A stretch of DNA of 37,501 nt from assembly GCA_022813965.1 (NCBI GenBank), contig JALDZS010000213.1, positions 1-37,501 on the forward strand, in the 5' to 3' direction. Positions 21,902 to 35,698 of the stretch are shown one piece after another. The DNA is from Toensbergia leucococca (lineage: Eukaryota). Each line of letters begins with the position of its first letter. Positions within the stretch are counted from its first letter, which is position 1. A model generated the notes under the pieces. That model made no database searches. It saw only the letters and a list, made by a program, of their open reading frames with translations, and was not told where the DNA came from. Made by a program: the position numbers and the translations under genes.

Positions 21902-22514
21902 GATAGATAAAGGTCCTTATTGGGGTGGGAGAGGGGGTGAAGAAGAATGTGATGTTTGAGGTAGATGGTGGGCCGTTTCAGGCCTTTTAGATTATAGTCG
22001 ACTTTTGCGTGCGATGGCAGACGGAGATATGGAGTTAGAAATTGATGCAAAATCATCCCTTTCCCTGTGTGATATTGCGTCCATGTAGGGTGTGTATTGA
22101 AAAGGGATGTTCGTGTAAAGGTTCACATCAGTGAGCAATCCATTCCCGAACACTCAAAACTTTTTCTCAGCTCTTTCACGCGTCTCAGCAAGGCGTTAAA
22201 CAAGGGCCAATCGTTGAAAAGACACTTCTTCATCAAGGGAGGTTTCCTACCTATTGCATGAAATGCCACACGTGGCCAAAGTGTGAAGGCTGAAGATGAG
22301 GATCATTCACCCACTTTACACACAGTTCTGAAACCTTGAAAAATTGGGCGCTCCAGTAATGAAGCAAGTAGCAGTAGCCAGAGTTCTAACACACCTTTCG
22401 GCTTTCTAGCTATGGACCACGGCATGCCATGACATGAGATCCATCATATCCCCCCACAACACCTCTCGAATAACCCTCTCTTCTCCGAAAACCCCCATCC
22501 ACTACTCATTCACA

Positions 22515-23098
<584 letters not shown>

Positions 23099-23238
23099 CT
23101 TGTCTAGGGCTTCCTCTGGAGTGAAAGTATCAGTTGGATCAAACTGAGGAGGTGAAGGGGCAGTGCTGACCTTAGTTTTATTGAAATGATTGCGTTGTCG
23201 CTGTTAGTTTCAAGATTGAAGTTCGCGATGTTCAGAGT

Positions 23239-23285
23239 TCGCTTAGCAGACTGTGGTGGGATAGGGTGTGAGCCCTTGTAGGGCT
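23239..23285. promoter_or_regulatory. Putative ribosomal-protein promoter elements of RPL37 (TCGCTTA; inverted AGCCCT pair)
   Basis: TCGCTTA at 23239-23245 and AGCCCTTGTAGGGCT at 23271-23285. The same cores occur upstream of RPS4. Confidence 0.5.
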
Positions 23286-23499
23286 GCTAGTGAGTATGAA
23301 TGTTGAGGCTGCTCGGGCTGTTAGAGTCGTCCCTACGTGATTTCTGTACCGCAAACATCACAGATCATATATGCTTGTTAGATCTTCAGTACTGCAATCG
23401 CGATGCTGTCAATATAATGCTGATGCATAAGGCTTCTGCAATCTTGATGGAAGCCTTTTCTATTATTCAAGTCTCTATCGAGGACTCTAAATCTACTGC

Positions 23500-24454
23500 T
23501 CATGCCCCCCTCTCAAATACCTTGATTGCCCCATCCCCACCAACAAGATAGAGCACCTCCCTTTCCTCGATCTCTTCATCCTCATTTCCACCTCCAGGTC
23601 CTCTCGTAATCCTCAGTACTCCACTAATATCTCTTGCCGTCCCTGTATCTAGTAATCTCAAACTCATGATTAGTCTCGCCTGATGCACCAGACCCACGAC
23701 GAATGCCGCATGATTGACCTCAAGCGGCGTGTTTTGAGCCTGCATGAGCGGCGAATCCGCCGATGCGGCCAGGATAGTGGCGTGAACATGCTTAGAAGTC
23801 CACGTTTGACGTTAGCAGCCACACTGGTACTGTATCCTCTTCAAATCCGAGGTAATCATGAATCTTACCACCATTAACTCCTGTACCAAATCCATCACCT
23901 CCTTTGCCTCAGCTCCTGTAGCCGCAAGGAGCAGATCTAATCCGTCCATGACCAGCAGAACCTCTTTCCCTCCTTTGGCCATCATTCCTACCGCACTCAT
24001 CAGCTCCTTCTCCACCTCCTGGGCCGCTCCATTCTTCATAGAAACATTCCCAGCCCCTCTATCACCTAGAACCTCCGCCCCAAATAGCCCAGACAACCCA
24101 TCCACAAATATCAACCTCTCATCCCTGACTTCTCTTCTGAGATCAATCCCCTACGTCCTCTTGTCAGCCGTAATTTCCTCCAACTCCGTGCAAGCGACTA
24201 AGCGTACCTACCAGCTTCCTTCCTCCCTCCCTCCAGAAGTTCCAATCTCTCAAGAAGCTCACGAAAACAACATTGACATTTTCAGAGGCGGGTTCGTGAC
24301 CGGCGTGACGGGAAGATAATGCAGATTGCAGGAGGCGCAATACGAGCCAATTAGTTGAGGCACCGAGAACAGAAGTGAGGATAGTGAGCGAGGCTGATGG
24401 TGGGATTTGCAGATAGGGTAGAAGGAGAGAAGCGTTTTGGGCTGCCGATGTCAT
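23500..24454 (-). CDS. ELP6: Elongator complex subunit 6 (RecA-like), three exons
   Basis: LLLPYL..PP..SLTILTSVLGASTNWLVLRLL, VVFVSFLRDWNFWREG.RKL|GIDL, IFVDGLS, LLVMDGLDLLLAA, HQARLIMSLRLLDTGTARDISGVLRITRG and EVLYLVGGDGAIKVFERGA, as typical of Pezizomycotina Elp6. Confidence 0.88.
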
Positions 24455-24808
24455 TGGCGAGGGGAAAGAAAGCGGAAGAAGAATGGCGCTTATGAATATG
24501 ATGGTGGGAGGCTGGGGGGAACCAGATTTGCAATCCAATGTCACTTCAGGTCACACTGGTGTGTCTGTCACCTTGACCAAGCTACGTAATAGGTACGTTG
24601 TATATAGTTTTACAAAATGCCCCTTTCAAATAATCACTTTGCTTCTCTAAGCAGGTGTCTATGTACAATGCCTCGTGTCCCTTCCTTTGGATCCACTCCC
24701 CCTAGTAAAGCAAATTCATGTCGTGGTACTTTCCGTTATCTAGATAAGATAAAAAGATGCACCAACCAATTTGACGCTCCTCGCTATGCATGTAAATAGC
24801 TATGAAGC

Positions 24809-27800
24809 TCAATCCTCATTGAACTTGGCTAATTGCTCAAGCAATGATGGTTTCAAATCAAGCTGAACGATCTCTTCTTCTGCCTCATCATCCTGGGCAT
24901 CTCCTAAATCCTCTGCACCCTTTTGAGACCCTTCACTATTGCGTTCAGACACTTCGGCCATTTCCTCGTTTTTCTGGTTTCTTTTCAAAAACTCTCCATC
25001 CTCATCTTCTGCCATGCTCGCAACTGCTTCAGTCTCTGCGGGGGTCTCGACAGGACTACCCGAGCTGAAGCCTTCGCTCACTACGTAGCTACCTTGATTG
25101 ACGTGTTCTATTGTAGGATCGTGGGCGAACATTTCATCAACTGACAGACTGAAAGAGGAACCAGCGGATTCTGTGGCCGGTGGATCTGTCGTAGGCGTAT
25201 TGCTGTCATCTGACTCAATATCGATAAGGCTACCTTTTCTAAGCATTGGGAATGAATCTTTGATGGTGGAGATTCCATCTTGAAGAGGAGACTCCAAATG
25301 ACCGTCCCCGGCGTTTTCGTTCTGTTCACTGTCATAGAATAATTCAAGCAGTTCCCCACGGTGCGTCACACCCTCAGTCGTCTGTACCATGTCTTCCTCC
25401 TGTTTTGGACGTCTGAAAGTACGGGGCTTTCTAGAATATTTCTTAACATCTCCCTGCACTGCCCCAACTGGCTCTTTATCCAGTTGCGATTCCTTGTTGG
25501 CGATCTTACCAAGGATCCCTCGAAACAGCCACGGAAAACTCATGAGGGGCATGTTAGACGCGACTATTTTTCTTGCACGCTTCTCAACGCCATCAACCAA
25601 CCTCACTGTATAGCATTCTCGAATAGCCTGTGTCATCTCATCACATGTGATTCTGTACATGGCCGCAACGAATGGCCCAATAGACTCAAAATCCTTACCA
25701 CCTGCTTTGTCATAGCATATGGCAACAAACCGATCTTTGAGGCTGGTGGAGATATGCCCTATCACTTCATGGAATTTGTAATCCTTGGTCTCGTTCGAGT
25801 GATGCATCACAAGAGTTGACCAAACCTCGAATTCTGTGCCAATCTCGTGCTGGGCCATAATACGACGCATCAGTGCATCATATTCCATCTTTACCTCCAT
25901 AGCATCTCCCAATATCTTCTGGTCAAGATTATAGGCGTTCAAGATACGTCGATCAAACGGGACATCGAATACTGGCATGAAATCGACCCGCTCGACCTGG
26001 TCATAAAGCTTTCCCAACACTTTCTCTGATACATACTGCTGATCTTTTGGTTTGTGCTGCTTCTCCATAAAATGTGGCCATTTTCGTGGGCGTAAGTCGC
26101 GCGGCATACATGCCGGCTCTCCTGTCTTTACATAGTCTACCGCCATGGAATGAAGCGCCGCAAGCTTAAGACACTTCTCATTCATAACGCCATCTTCCAT
26201 GGAATCAGCCGTTGCAAGGTGTGCAAGGGCTATAGTAGGTAATGCATCGTTCTTCATATAAGTCACGAAAAACGATGTGATATCGTTGATGGTGACCGCA
26301 CGCTCGACTTGTACGGGTGTTGGTGGAGTATAATCCATCGGCTCATGATTCCATTGCTTCGGCATGAGATCTTCATCCCACATAATCAGATAATCGTCGC
26401 CATCAAGATCTCCACCGGAACACATGCTCGCGACATCTCTATCTCCAGTTTGAGGAAGAACCACAACGTTCTTGAGATGGTGGAGCGCTGGTACGTCAAC
26501 GCCTCGTACTACTCGAAGATCTCCGGGGTGTAAAGATGGGTTTCGAGCCAATACCATTGGGCCCTCAATCACAGTAGGCTTGTTGTCAGACCTGACTAGT
26601 TGCACAAAAACCTCAGGCAAGGAATGTATTTTCTCCTCCGTCGACTGATCAAGCTTTGGTCCAACATTAAAGTGGCCCTTGAGTGTTCCTGTCTCATCAA
26701 CACAACCAAGAAGGAACGCACCGTCACCAATTGTAATCCGTGCCTTCTCTTTCAGAGACTTGATTGACCAAGCTCTCCACAGTTGCAACAAGGACATCAC
26801 AAAAGGCTCCTGAATCTTCTGAAAACCGTCCAAGATCATACCAGCAATGGCAAGTGTCATTTGATTAGGATCAATATCCTTCTGTAGTATGCTCAGGGCC
26901 ATCTTCTCATCCTTCATGGCAATTCCAAGATTCGCTAATTGCAACTTCAGTTTTCGAAGGAAAACGTCATCAGAGACACCGAGAGCTGAAAGCACTAGAA
27001 TAATCTGACGATTAAGGTTGGCCGCGGCGAATTGGGACCAGCGGATGATCTCCAAGCCATCATGGATGGCCGGAAACTTATACTGGCTGTGACGGATATG
27101 AATTTCGCGTATCTGGGCATCTGGAGAGACGGCAAGTACTCCTTTGCAGCCGCCTAGGCGGAATTGAAATAGAGACGGCGGCTCTCGGGATGTCGCAATT
27201 CCCAGCTCTGAGGCTGCAAGCTGCGCAAGAAATCTTGAAATTCTCCCAACACCGTCAGTAAAGCAGTATCCGTTACGGTTGACGTCCGGTATCTGCACAA
27301 TTTTGACCTTGGTACCGTTGATGGCTCTCGTTGTTGAGAAACATTGTCCTATGCGGGCCGCATATTTAGCAACAATTTTGATATCTCCGAATTCTCCCAT
27401 CCATCCTCGGATAGTATCGACTGTCAGATGTGGCAGAGGGGCAAAGAAATAAGCACCGTGTTCTCGAAATTGGGAATTACCAAAGGCCAGAAACACGAAG
27501 TGTCGGTCACCAATTGTGATGCCGTTAACCATGGCTCGTTTGATGCGCGTAAAGACCTCATTCATAGTGTCTTTGTCTGTTGGAAATATTCGGCCCTTGA
27601 ACTTTTCATCCGAGAAGCGAACACGAAGGAAGCGGTCAGCGTACTCGGCATACTGGCGCACTACTCGGTTTGAAGTCTCCACTGTAGGCGTACTGTAATA
27701 GACTGTGCTAGGTGTGACAGTTGCCGAGCGAGTCCAGGCACAATAGTGGGGGATTTTTGGTCTCGACGCAGAGCCCTTAATGACCTTCAATTTAAAAATG

Positions 27801-29901
27801 TCCATTGGATCGAAGATGCGTTTCTTCTCGTTGGCGATGAATTCAAGTATATCTTGAGCCTTCACCTCTTCCATGGCTGAGAGCTTGTTGACGAAGTCAC
27901 GAGTCAGGTTGTGCTCATTGAGGCATCCTTGCGAGATGCACACTTCGAGCTGATACCGAACGGGAAATGAGAGCAATGGCACGCTTTCTGCAATCAGCTC
28001 CTCCAGCACATTGTCAGATTTCTGATTAGAGACGGGCTCATCAATGTACTCCCAAACTGCGGGCTCGCGATCTGTGATAAGCTTGAAATCCGGAAAAGGA
28101 ACAATTTCAACGTTGTAATCTCGTAGAGCTCGACGAATTTGACTGTATTGCTGATGGTCATTTTTTGATAGGTCAAGGACGAAGCGATAGGTAGTCCAGC
28201 GACCTGATCAAGTATCAGAAGACATCCAGTTGCAGTGAAATAAACAAACTTACCAATATCAATAATCGGCTTAGTCTTTTTAAGAGTCAATGAAGAGCGT
28301 TTAAGATAGCTTGGATTATAAACGATGTCGGTTTGTCGAAACCAGGTATCTTTTTCTGTCCAAGATTTTGCACTAGCATCGTGGGTGTCCTCTTCGTTGA
28401 TTTTCCTAAAAAAGCTGGGCGGAGTTTCCATTGAGATGACGAGGATGATTTTGTTGTCAGTCGTGTCAACTTTATGGATTACCTGCACTTGAGCGAAAGG
28501 GATACGAAATAGGACCATCTCTGTTCTATCATGTTTTCCAATCTTTGGATCTCTCATGTGGGGACCACCGAGGATTTGGGGCCGCGAATCACGTATGACG
28601 ACTTGAAATTGAATATCAATCTCTCGGTATTGCATGCGTTGACGAAAACGAATATCTCCTTTTGTTGCAGAATTGACTCTATACATACCCATCATAGTAG
28701 TTGAGTCATACATGAAGCCAAAGTCCAAAGACTCCACATCCAGAGCCTATGAACCGCGTTAGCATGTGTTGATACGAGAAGAAAGTCGGTCATCTACTTA
28801 CCATAACCTCAGGATATTTGACCTGCGGGTCGACAGGGCTTGAAGCCAAAAACGTGCGAGGTTTAGAGTCAAGCTCCACTTGAACATATGTTGTTTCTGC
28901 ACCTTGCCTGACACTTATAGGATACTTTGCTCCTTGCCAGAAAGCTTTCGCTGGTGGTGGACTGAAAGACAGGTCAGCTACCATTAGTTCACATGTGAGA
29001 GAAAGAATTACCAGAATCGAATACGAGCTTTCCCATCTCTATTCCCTTTAGTATCTTCAAAGATATCAATCATGGATATTGAACCTTCTTTGTTGAAGCA
29101 AGTCCAAAGATCGCGAGTAGTGACGCAGAGCGGAAGGCCGTACAACTTCACGGCAAGCTCAATCCAATTTTTCCAATCATCCGATCGTCGCGCTATCGGA
29201 CCTTGGAACTGCATATGAGGGGGCCGTCCACTCACTGCCTGAGGTGAGGGACGCATGAGAGAGGTAGTAGGTCGAGCAGTTGAGGTTGGCGAATCAGATG
29301 GCGAATCATTGATTGTATCTTGATGAGGCAGACGTCTCCGCTGAGACATTGCTGAGCTTTGACCGTTGATCCTCGATGATGTATTTGTGTTCACCCGAGG
29401 CATGGCTGATGGTTGACCGTTGATGCTTGACAATGTGCTTTTGTCCACCTGAGATATCGCCGAGATTTGAGCCTTGGTCTTTGAGGATGTGTTTGTGTTC
29501 ACCTGGAGTCTATGTTGCCCACCTCCCAGAGGCATAGTCGAATGTCGTCGGTGAGTGAAACTTGGAGCTCCAAGACCTTGTTGAGGCTGGTCTTGTTGTT
29601 TGGCTGCATACAAGGCTTGGTAATATCTCTCTCTGTCGCGTTTCATGCCAGCATTTCTCGGGTCATTCCTGCCACGAGTGCCACGAGGTAAAGGTCTCTT
29701 ACTCAATTTGGTAAAGGCTTCATTGTTGTTATTCACTTGAAGTGAATCATCTCTCGGCGCTTGATTAACCTTACGGCTTCCTTGTTGATCCGAGCTCGTA
29801 CCCGCTAACGTGGGCTGCGTGTGATCTGAAAAGGGTAAGCGCACTCGAGCATGTTCTTTGTCCAGGCAATCCACCATGAACATACCTATTCCAAGTGCCA
29901 T
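24809..29901 (-). CDS. Cellular RNA-dependent RNA polymerase of the SAD-1/Rdp1 (RDR-alpha) type with N-terminal RRM-like domain; four exons, start codon uncertain
   Basis: Catalytic SGGDLDGDDY (DLDGD at 26410-26396), plus ETSNRVVRQY, RFLRVRFSDE, FLAFGNSQFREHGAYFF, AARIGQCFSTT, FTDGVGRIS, FQFRLGGCKGVL and ARNPSLHPGD. GRWTTYRF follows intron 3. Introns near 29010-28961, 28801-28747 and 28253-28204 restore one frame. Confidence 0.95.
29344..29505 (-). repeat. Three degenerate 54-bp (18-aa) coding tandem repeats in the RdRP N-terminus
   Basis: QVNTNTSSKTKAQISAIS / QVDKSTLSSINGQPSAMP / RVNTNTSSRINGQSSAMS. Confidence 0.8.
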
Positions 29902-30940
29902 TCCCGGTCTACCACGGAGTCGGCTTGTAATTCGCCGGTAATCAAAAATACCACTGTCGCTGTTTATGTGTTCAAGAGCTGAAGACTAATTAGAATGTCC
30001 TTGAACAGACCCGTGCTGAGTCAAAAGAACGATTAATGTAGGAAGATTTATCAAAATGCAAAACGGGACGCCAACTTAAGAATGTCCTCTTTTCAAGAAG
30101 CGTTCAAGTAGATCATACTTGCGGAGTTGATATTGTGTTGTATCTGATCATCAAGCCTGGGAAAGTGTTGCCAATGATTTTTAACATAAAGAGACGTGCA
30201 AAGGGTGTTGAGAAACGTCAACATTGATAGCAAACACGGATGCTTTTATAGCCCAGCATGATAGTATCCACAAGAAGATGAATAGTTCCCACATAATGAA
30301 TGCAGATACTCAGATGAGTCAATGCGCTCAAGCTAGAGTGAACGGTACAAAAAATGAATGTAGAAGCGCATCGCCTGCTTCTTACCTACCCTCAATGTTA
30401 CTCATCTGCTTGTGCTTTGGTCGCAAACACGTGGATACGTAGGCAATCAGAATGCAGACTTCCGATGCAGTGACACCTATGTCTCCGGCTGATAAAGGGG
30501 GCATTGCCATATAGTACGAGTATGTGATAGGCAAAGGCTATTCAGGGTCTTCTTGAATCAAAACCCATTCAGGCAAATACCCAAGGCGTCTTCAATACCT
30601 AGTTGGGAGACCTAACGCAATCCTAGAACCTTAATATCATTTGACATTATACATTTCCAAGATTGGAGTCACAAAGGAATGGGATGCGCTCTGAAGAGGT
30701 TCTTTCTCATCACTAGCACGAGTGATGTGGAATGCTTAATCGGGTACCGCAACTCGTTCGTCCAGTCTTGCAATCTAGTAGTCGCATTTAGCACGACGAA
30801 ATAATGAACTTCCAGGTGACTATACTTGAACCCATTACAGCGAATTCAGTGCCACTGCCTCTTATCTACTTAGTCCAATCTATTCAGCTCTGTATTTGAA
30901 ACAATCTGTTTCCCACAAAATGAAAAGCGAATCTCCAAGT

Positions 30941-33900
30941 TCAAAGTTCATCCGTAGTCTCCTCATGAATGCTCTCTGGACCCATAACCAGCGTCCTATT
31001 TCGTTGCTGCCGATCTGTACTTGCAAAAACATCACTGTCGCCAAAAGAGTCATCGGATGAGATGAACTCGCTACGTGTGGATTTGTTCTCCTGGGCAATC
31101 AAGCTTTCGCGGCTGTTCAGCTTGCCAAAGCTTTCCTTGAGAAAAGGTCGAGTAGGTGAAGAATTAGCCGCATTATGAGTATTAGGGCCGAGAGCAATAA
31201 GAGGACACCGGCTCGCGTGGGATATGCCTCCAGGAGGTTTAATGATGACATTTATCTCCTTGACTTTCCCGTGTTTTACCGTTGAGTCTTTGCGGTGTCG
31301 ATATACTTTGGTTCGTTTTGGTGTTGGGCCGCTTTTGCTAGATGTGCTTGATCCGAACGAATGTGTGAAGTCAGAACCATAGACTTTTTCGTCTGATTCT
31401 TCTGTCACAGCACAATCTGTAATACTTCTAGCAGAATTTGGGTTCTCGCCCATTGGTCGAGACAAGTCTGGCCTAACTGAATTGATACCCATTACTGCAA
31501 TGAGTCTGCTGCTCAATTCTTGAGCTGTGGCAAATTCTTTCGCTCGTTCCTCGCGCTGATGAAGTAATTTGGTCACCTAGTGAAGCCATTATCATCTATT
31601 TTTGTCACCAATTGGATAATCAGTTACTGCAAACCTTTCTCTCAAGCTCGGCGATATCCCATTCGCGCTGCGCAACCAGAAGTGCGGCGTCGTTGCTTGC
31701 TTGTTCCAATTGAGCTCGGAGATCTTGAACCAGATTTTCATGATGGTTTTTCTCCTCTAGGATCTGTGCAGGATTAGCTCCGAATAGTCGCAATGATAAG
31801 ACTAATCCAAGAGTAGATACCTCTGTAGCCTTGGACGCTGCGTATGCGTCACGTTCGTGCTGCATAGCAGACCTCTCCTCCACGAAAGCTAGGTTTTGGC
31901 CATCTAAATCCGATAGGAGAGATTTATTTCTATCATGTACCTCAATTACCTTTTCTAGGTCAGCTACGAGACACCTTGAAAGTCGAATGATATACCTCTA
32001 GTTTTAAAGAATTCAAGTCAGCCTCCAGGTGTACTTCTTTTTGGAGAAGGCGGTCTATGTCGGTCTCCCTTGTTTTAGCCAGGAGGCCCGCTTCCTCCAT
32101 GGCAGTATCCCGTTCTTCTATTGATTCCTCAAGGTAACTAATCCTCTCCATGTTGTCCAAGTTTTGTGATCGAGCCTGCATGAGTTCTTTACCGAGATCT
32201 TCAATCTGATTCTCTAATGTCTTAACCTTTAGAGTTTGCGCTTCGTTCGTCTCGTCCTTAGCCAACGTTATGGCTAGGTACTCCAATTTCTGCAGTTTCT
32301 CTGTCTCGTTGGCAGTCTCTGCAGCAAGTCGTGCTTCTTCACTTGTTGCAGCGAGTCTTTCACGTAATTCTTCGACATCGTTTGATAGATTCTGCACGCT
32401 TTGCTCCGTTGTAAAGATTTGACCTACAAGACGTGTGTTTTCCGCCTCCAATCCGTCTAAAACTAGTGAGCGCTCTTCCACTTCCGTCCGAAGCTCTGCA
32501 GCTCTGGCGTCAGATGTCTCCAACCTTTCAAGCAAATCACTGGACCTAATCCTCTCTTCTCGAAGAGGGTTCTCGGCATCATTACATCGAAGCTCAAGGT
32601 CGCGGCAGACTTCACCCATTTGTCGTACGACTGATTCGTATTGATGGCTCGACGCCCGAAAAATATCTCTCAATAGATTAGCCCTCCAGTCGTGGCTCGC
32701 CGAGGAATCAGTTGGTGTACTCCCACTCTCAAAGAGGGACAGTTGAATAGTCTCTGAATTTGGCCGCCTAGGTTTACATGTACTCCATGTCGGATAAGTG
32801 GAAGAAAGCGATACTTGTTTTTCCAGGAGAGCATTTGCCATGGATAAATCGATACCAACTTTATCGTGCGATGCATACAGGACTGTCTTCGTGAATAATG
32901 TGCAGAGTCTTCGCTGAAGTTGTAGATGGGCTTCTGCATAAATCTGACAACATATGCCAACTTGGCCGTGCCCCGCATCAAGTTTGGTCGCTAACAATGG
33001 AGCCTTGAGAAATTGATTGAGTAGGCTGGAGAACTCGTTTGTCGGTAAAGCACATAAGATCATTCGTCTGAGTCTTGCAGATGAAGGTATTGCTCGGGTG
33101 AAACCCAGGACTTTGTTTATCGCAAAATTCAATTCTGCCAACGAATCACTGGTAGGGAGTCTCTCTTCAGACACCTTCTGTAGGATGTCCAGTATATGCG
33201 CTCGTAAAGAGGTCTCGTCAAACCGAACCTGTGTGCCATCAGCGACGAGACTATTGTCAATATTCTTTGAAAAATCTCACGGCAAATTTCTCGATCATAC
33301 ACTCGGAGACAGTCAATGGCATCGGAGTATGAAGAAGACTTTCAAAGGCTACAACGATTTCTTCGGGTAAAGATTCTATGTCTGCCAATGACCCAACAAA
33401 CTCGAGTGCCTATTCCTCGATTAGTACACAGCCTTCATTATTCGGATGAAACATACAAAGAACTGCAAATCAATAGGATTATCTTGCCGCAGGATCTTTT
33501 CGTATAATTTCCTTATTTTGGGTTGGTTATTAATCACCCAAGAGTTCTTCTCCTCGATATCAAAAACATCGATAATCTGTTTGGAGAGTTTGAGGCTTTC
33601 AATGGCGTCTGTTAAACCAAGAGTGCTATTTTGAGAGCACGCTTGAATCACTTGCATGACAATAAGTCCTATAGTTTTGGGGGCTCTCCTGGAGGTAAAG
33701 AATTTGCATGCAGAGTGAAATACATCGACAGGATCTGAATGAATGCCACCACTAGTCGACGTAACATCTACTGTCGATGATCTGTCAGAGCTTCGCGTAG
33801 AAGCCATATTTGCAAAGATAGCCAGGCTTATCAGTTTTGCAGGATGGGCTTCTAGACTGTTGAGAATATCAATTAAATGTTCTTGTAAGCGAACGAGCAC

Positions 33901-34676
33901 GTCGAGAGAAAGCATCTCCAGCAAAGTGGAGCCCACGCCTAGCATAATTAGGTGTATGGGTCGAAGTGTCGCTATTGAAGGAGTTTCATTGGCTTTTTCC
34001 AGTACTTTCGTGAAGAAAGGTGGCAATGCTGATGGAATAGGCACGTCTTCGGGGAGTTTGGCCGAAAGTAAGGAGACACATGTGATCGCATACTGCAAAA
34101 TACTCAGTATGAGATGATATCAATGTAAAGATTCCTCACCTTCTCGAAACCCTTGTCTGATTCAACGCCTTTTGTCAAAAGTGTTTGGAGGAGCAGTGGT
34201 TTCCGCCGGAGAGCTGCATCTCGACATGAAACAACCCCGGCTTGGATGACAATGTCAGTCATTACGATGTAGCATAACATAGCGAGCAAGATAGGACTAA
34301 CATAGATGCTGTAAGATGCTTAGGGCATGTGGCCAAGACTGCAGTCCTTCAAGGACTGTCGCGACGAGGGCGTCAACGTGACACGCATTGCCGCTTGCCC
34401 ATCGTTCAAAATGGCACCGATTAGTGCGATTAAGAAGGTCGGAGAAATTCTAGAGTAATGAAATTGAGTAAGCACGTCAACGAGCTTCACTAGTTCCGTG
34501 GTTTCTTCCGGCACGGCTTGTGGTTGGAAATTGCATCACCTCGTCCGGGATATTTAGAATAGGTAGGTAGGCTTAGGCTCGTCATCTTAATCAGAAACAC
34601 TCACCTTCAAACAAACGGCATAGGGCGACGTCACGATGCGATGAATCTCATCAGTCAGTAACATCTGCTCCGCCAT
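30941..34676 (-). CDS. Large multi-exon hypothetical protein: helical N-terminal half, long coiled coil, disordered C-terminus
   Basis: ATG 34676 (MAEQMLLTDEIHRIVTSPY). GT-AG introns link ORFs 33421-34098, 31960-33174, 31620-31883 and 30941-31576 and small exons in frame. The heptad-rich region begins at VCRDLELRCNDAENPLREE. Confidence 0.8.
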
Positions 34677-35560
34677 TGGTTCAGAATAGTTTTGTCCTTC
34701 GTGGTGATTATTCAAACTGTCATTGACATGAATTGACACTTTTACTACTGCTGGTTTCTCGTTGCCCAGCAACGGACTTTCTCAGAAAATTCCACAGTTG
34801 TATTGACATGAATTTCTTTAGATATGAAAGGTTGTAGGAGATAAAGTTTGACTGTTTTTCGAGTCCTAGATGTTGTCGGTGCAGTGTGAGTCTCTATCTA
34901 TTTCGCTCTATGTGCGTCTGGACTTCCAGAGGGCAGTATACCATTCAGGTCCACGGCTCAAATACTACGATCCAGCTTTTCATTCTTCTAACAGCCTTGT
35001 CTTCACTTCATACCATAGTTGCATTGTCTCCATGCACTTCTTTGGCATTGGCTAATTTGCGGGGGGGGATTTCTTCGAATTGAAAAAGCAAAACACAAAC
35101 TCTAGTACTCCTATTGCTACCATGTTCTTAGGGGTGCTATAGCGCATGTATAAGTATGATACAGCATCGATCCCCACTACCTGATCGATTGAGATAGGAT
35201 GACCTCCGTACTTATTCAAATGAAGTCAATATAAGGCTCTAGTTTTAACATGTTGGCTTATGGAATATGTCACTATACTCAGCAATCATCTGCAGAGCCT
35301 TAGCTTGTTCTTGATGCTAACTTTGGATTAGAGTGATGACATTTTTCATATTAGATGGATGCTTTGTTGCTTTCCAGACGGTCGATTTTAGAGAACCCCC
35401 AAAATCTTTCAAGGTAAGCTTAGCCAATAAATACAATAATCACTTTTGACATTGATCTGTCTTCTATGCCTTGGCTCTAATGCAAGGAGGGCCTTTGTGT
35501 GGAGACTGCGAAGTGTTGATTAATGTGATATTGGACACATACCCTTTCATCCATAAATAC

Positions 35561-35620
35561 GAAGCCCTAGGGCAAGCTCACTAGGCCACACTGAATTCTC
35601 GCTTAATTATTCGCAAGCGA
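35561..35620 (+). promoter_or_regulatory. Putative ribosomal-protein promoter elements of RPS4
   Basis: GAAGCCCTAGGGC at 35561-35573 (palindromic GCCCTAGGGC) and TCGCTTA at 35599-35605, about 95-140 bp upstream of the ATG. Confidence 0.5.
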
Positions 35621-35698
35621 GGAACGCTTTTCAAGATTGGACCTGAAGTCCAACGACATAGATAATAACGTTGACATCAACCAAGGAATACCGCAATC

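Noticed and set aside
21586..22056. 156-aa minus-strand ORF
   Set aside because: Ser/Pro/Leu-rich antisense shadow of the purine-rich plus-strand microprotein gene.
24809..28009. RdRP as an endogenous viral element
   Set aside because: It has the DLDGD cellular RdRP motif and spliceosomal introns, not a viral GDD palm polymerase.
35333..35420. GTGATGA as a C/D snoRNA C box
   Set aside because: No suitably placed CTGA D box or terminal stem.
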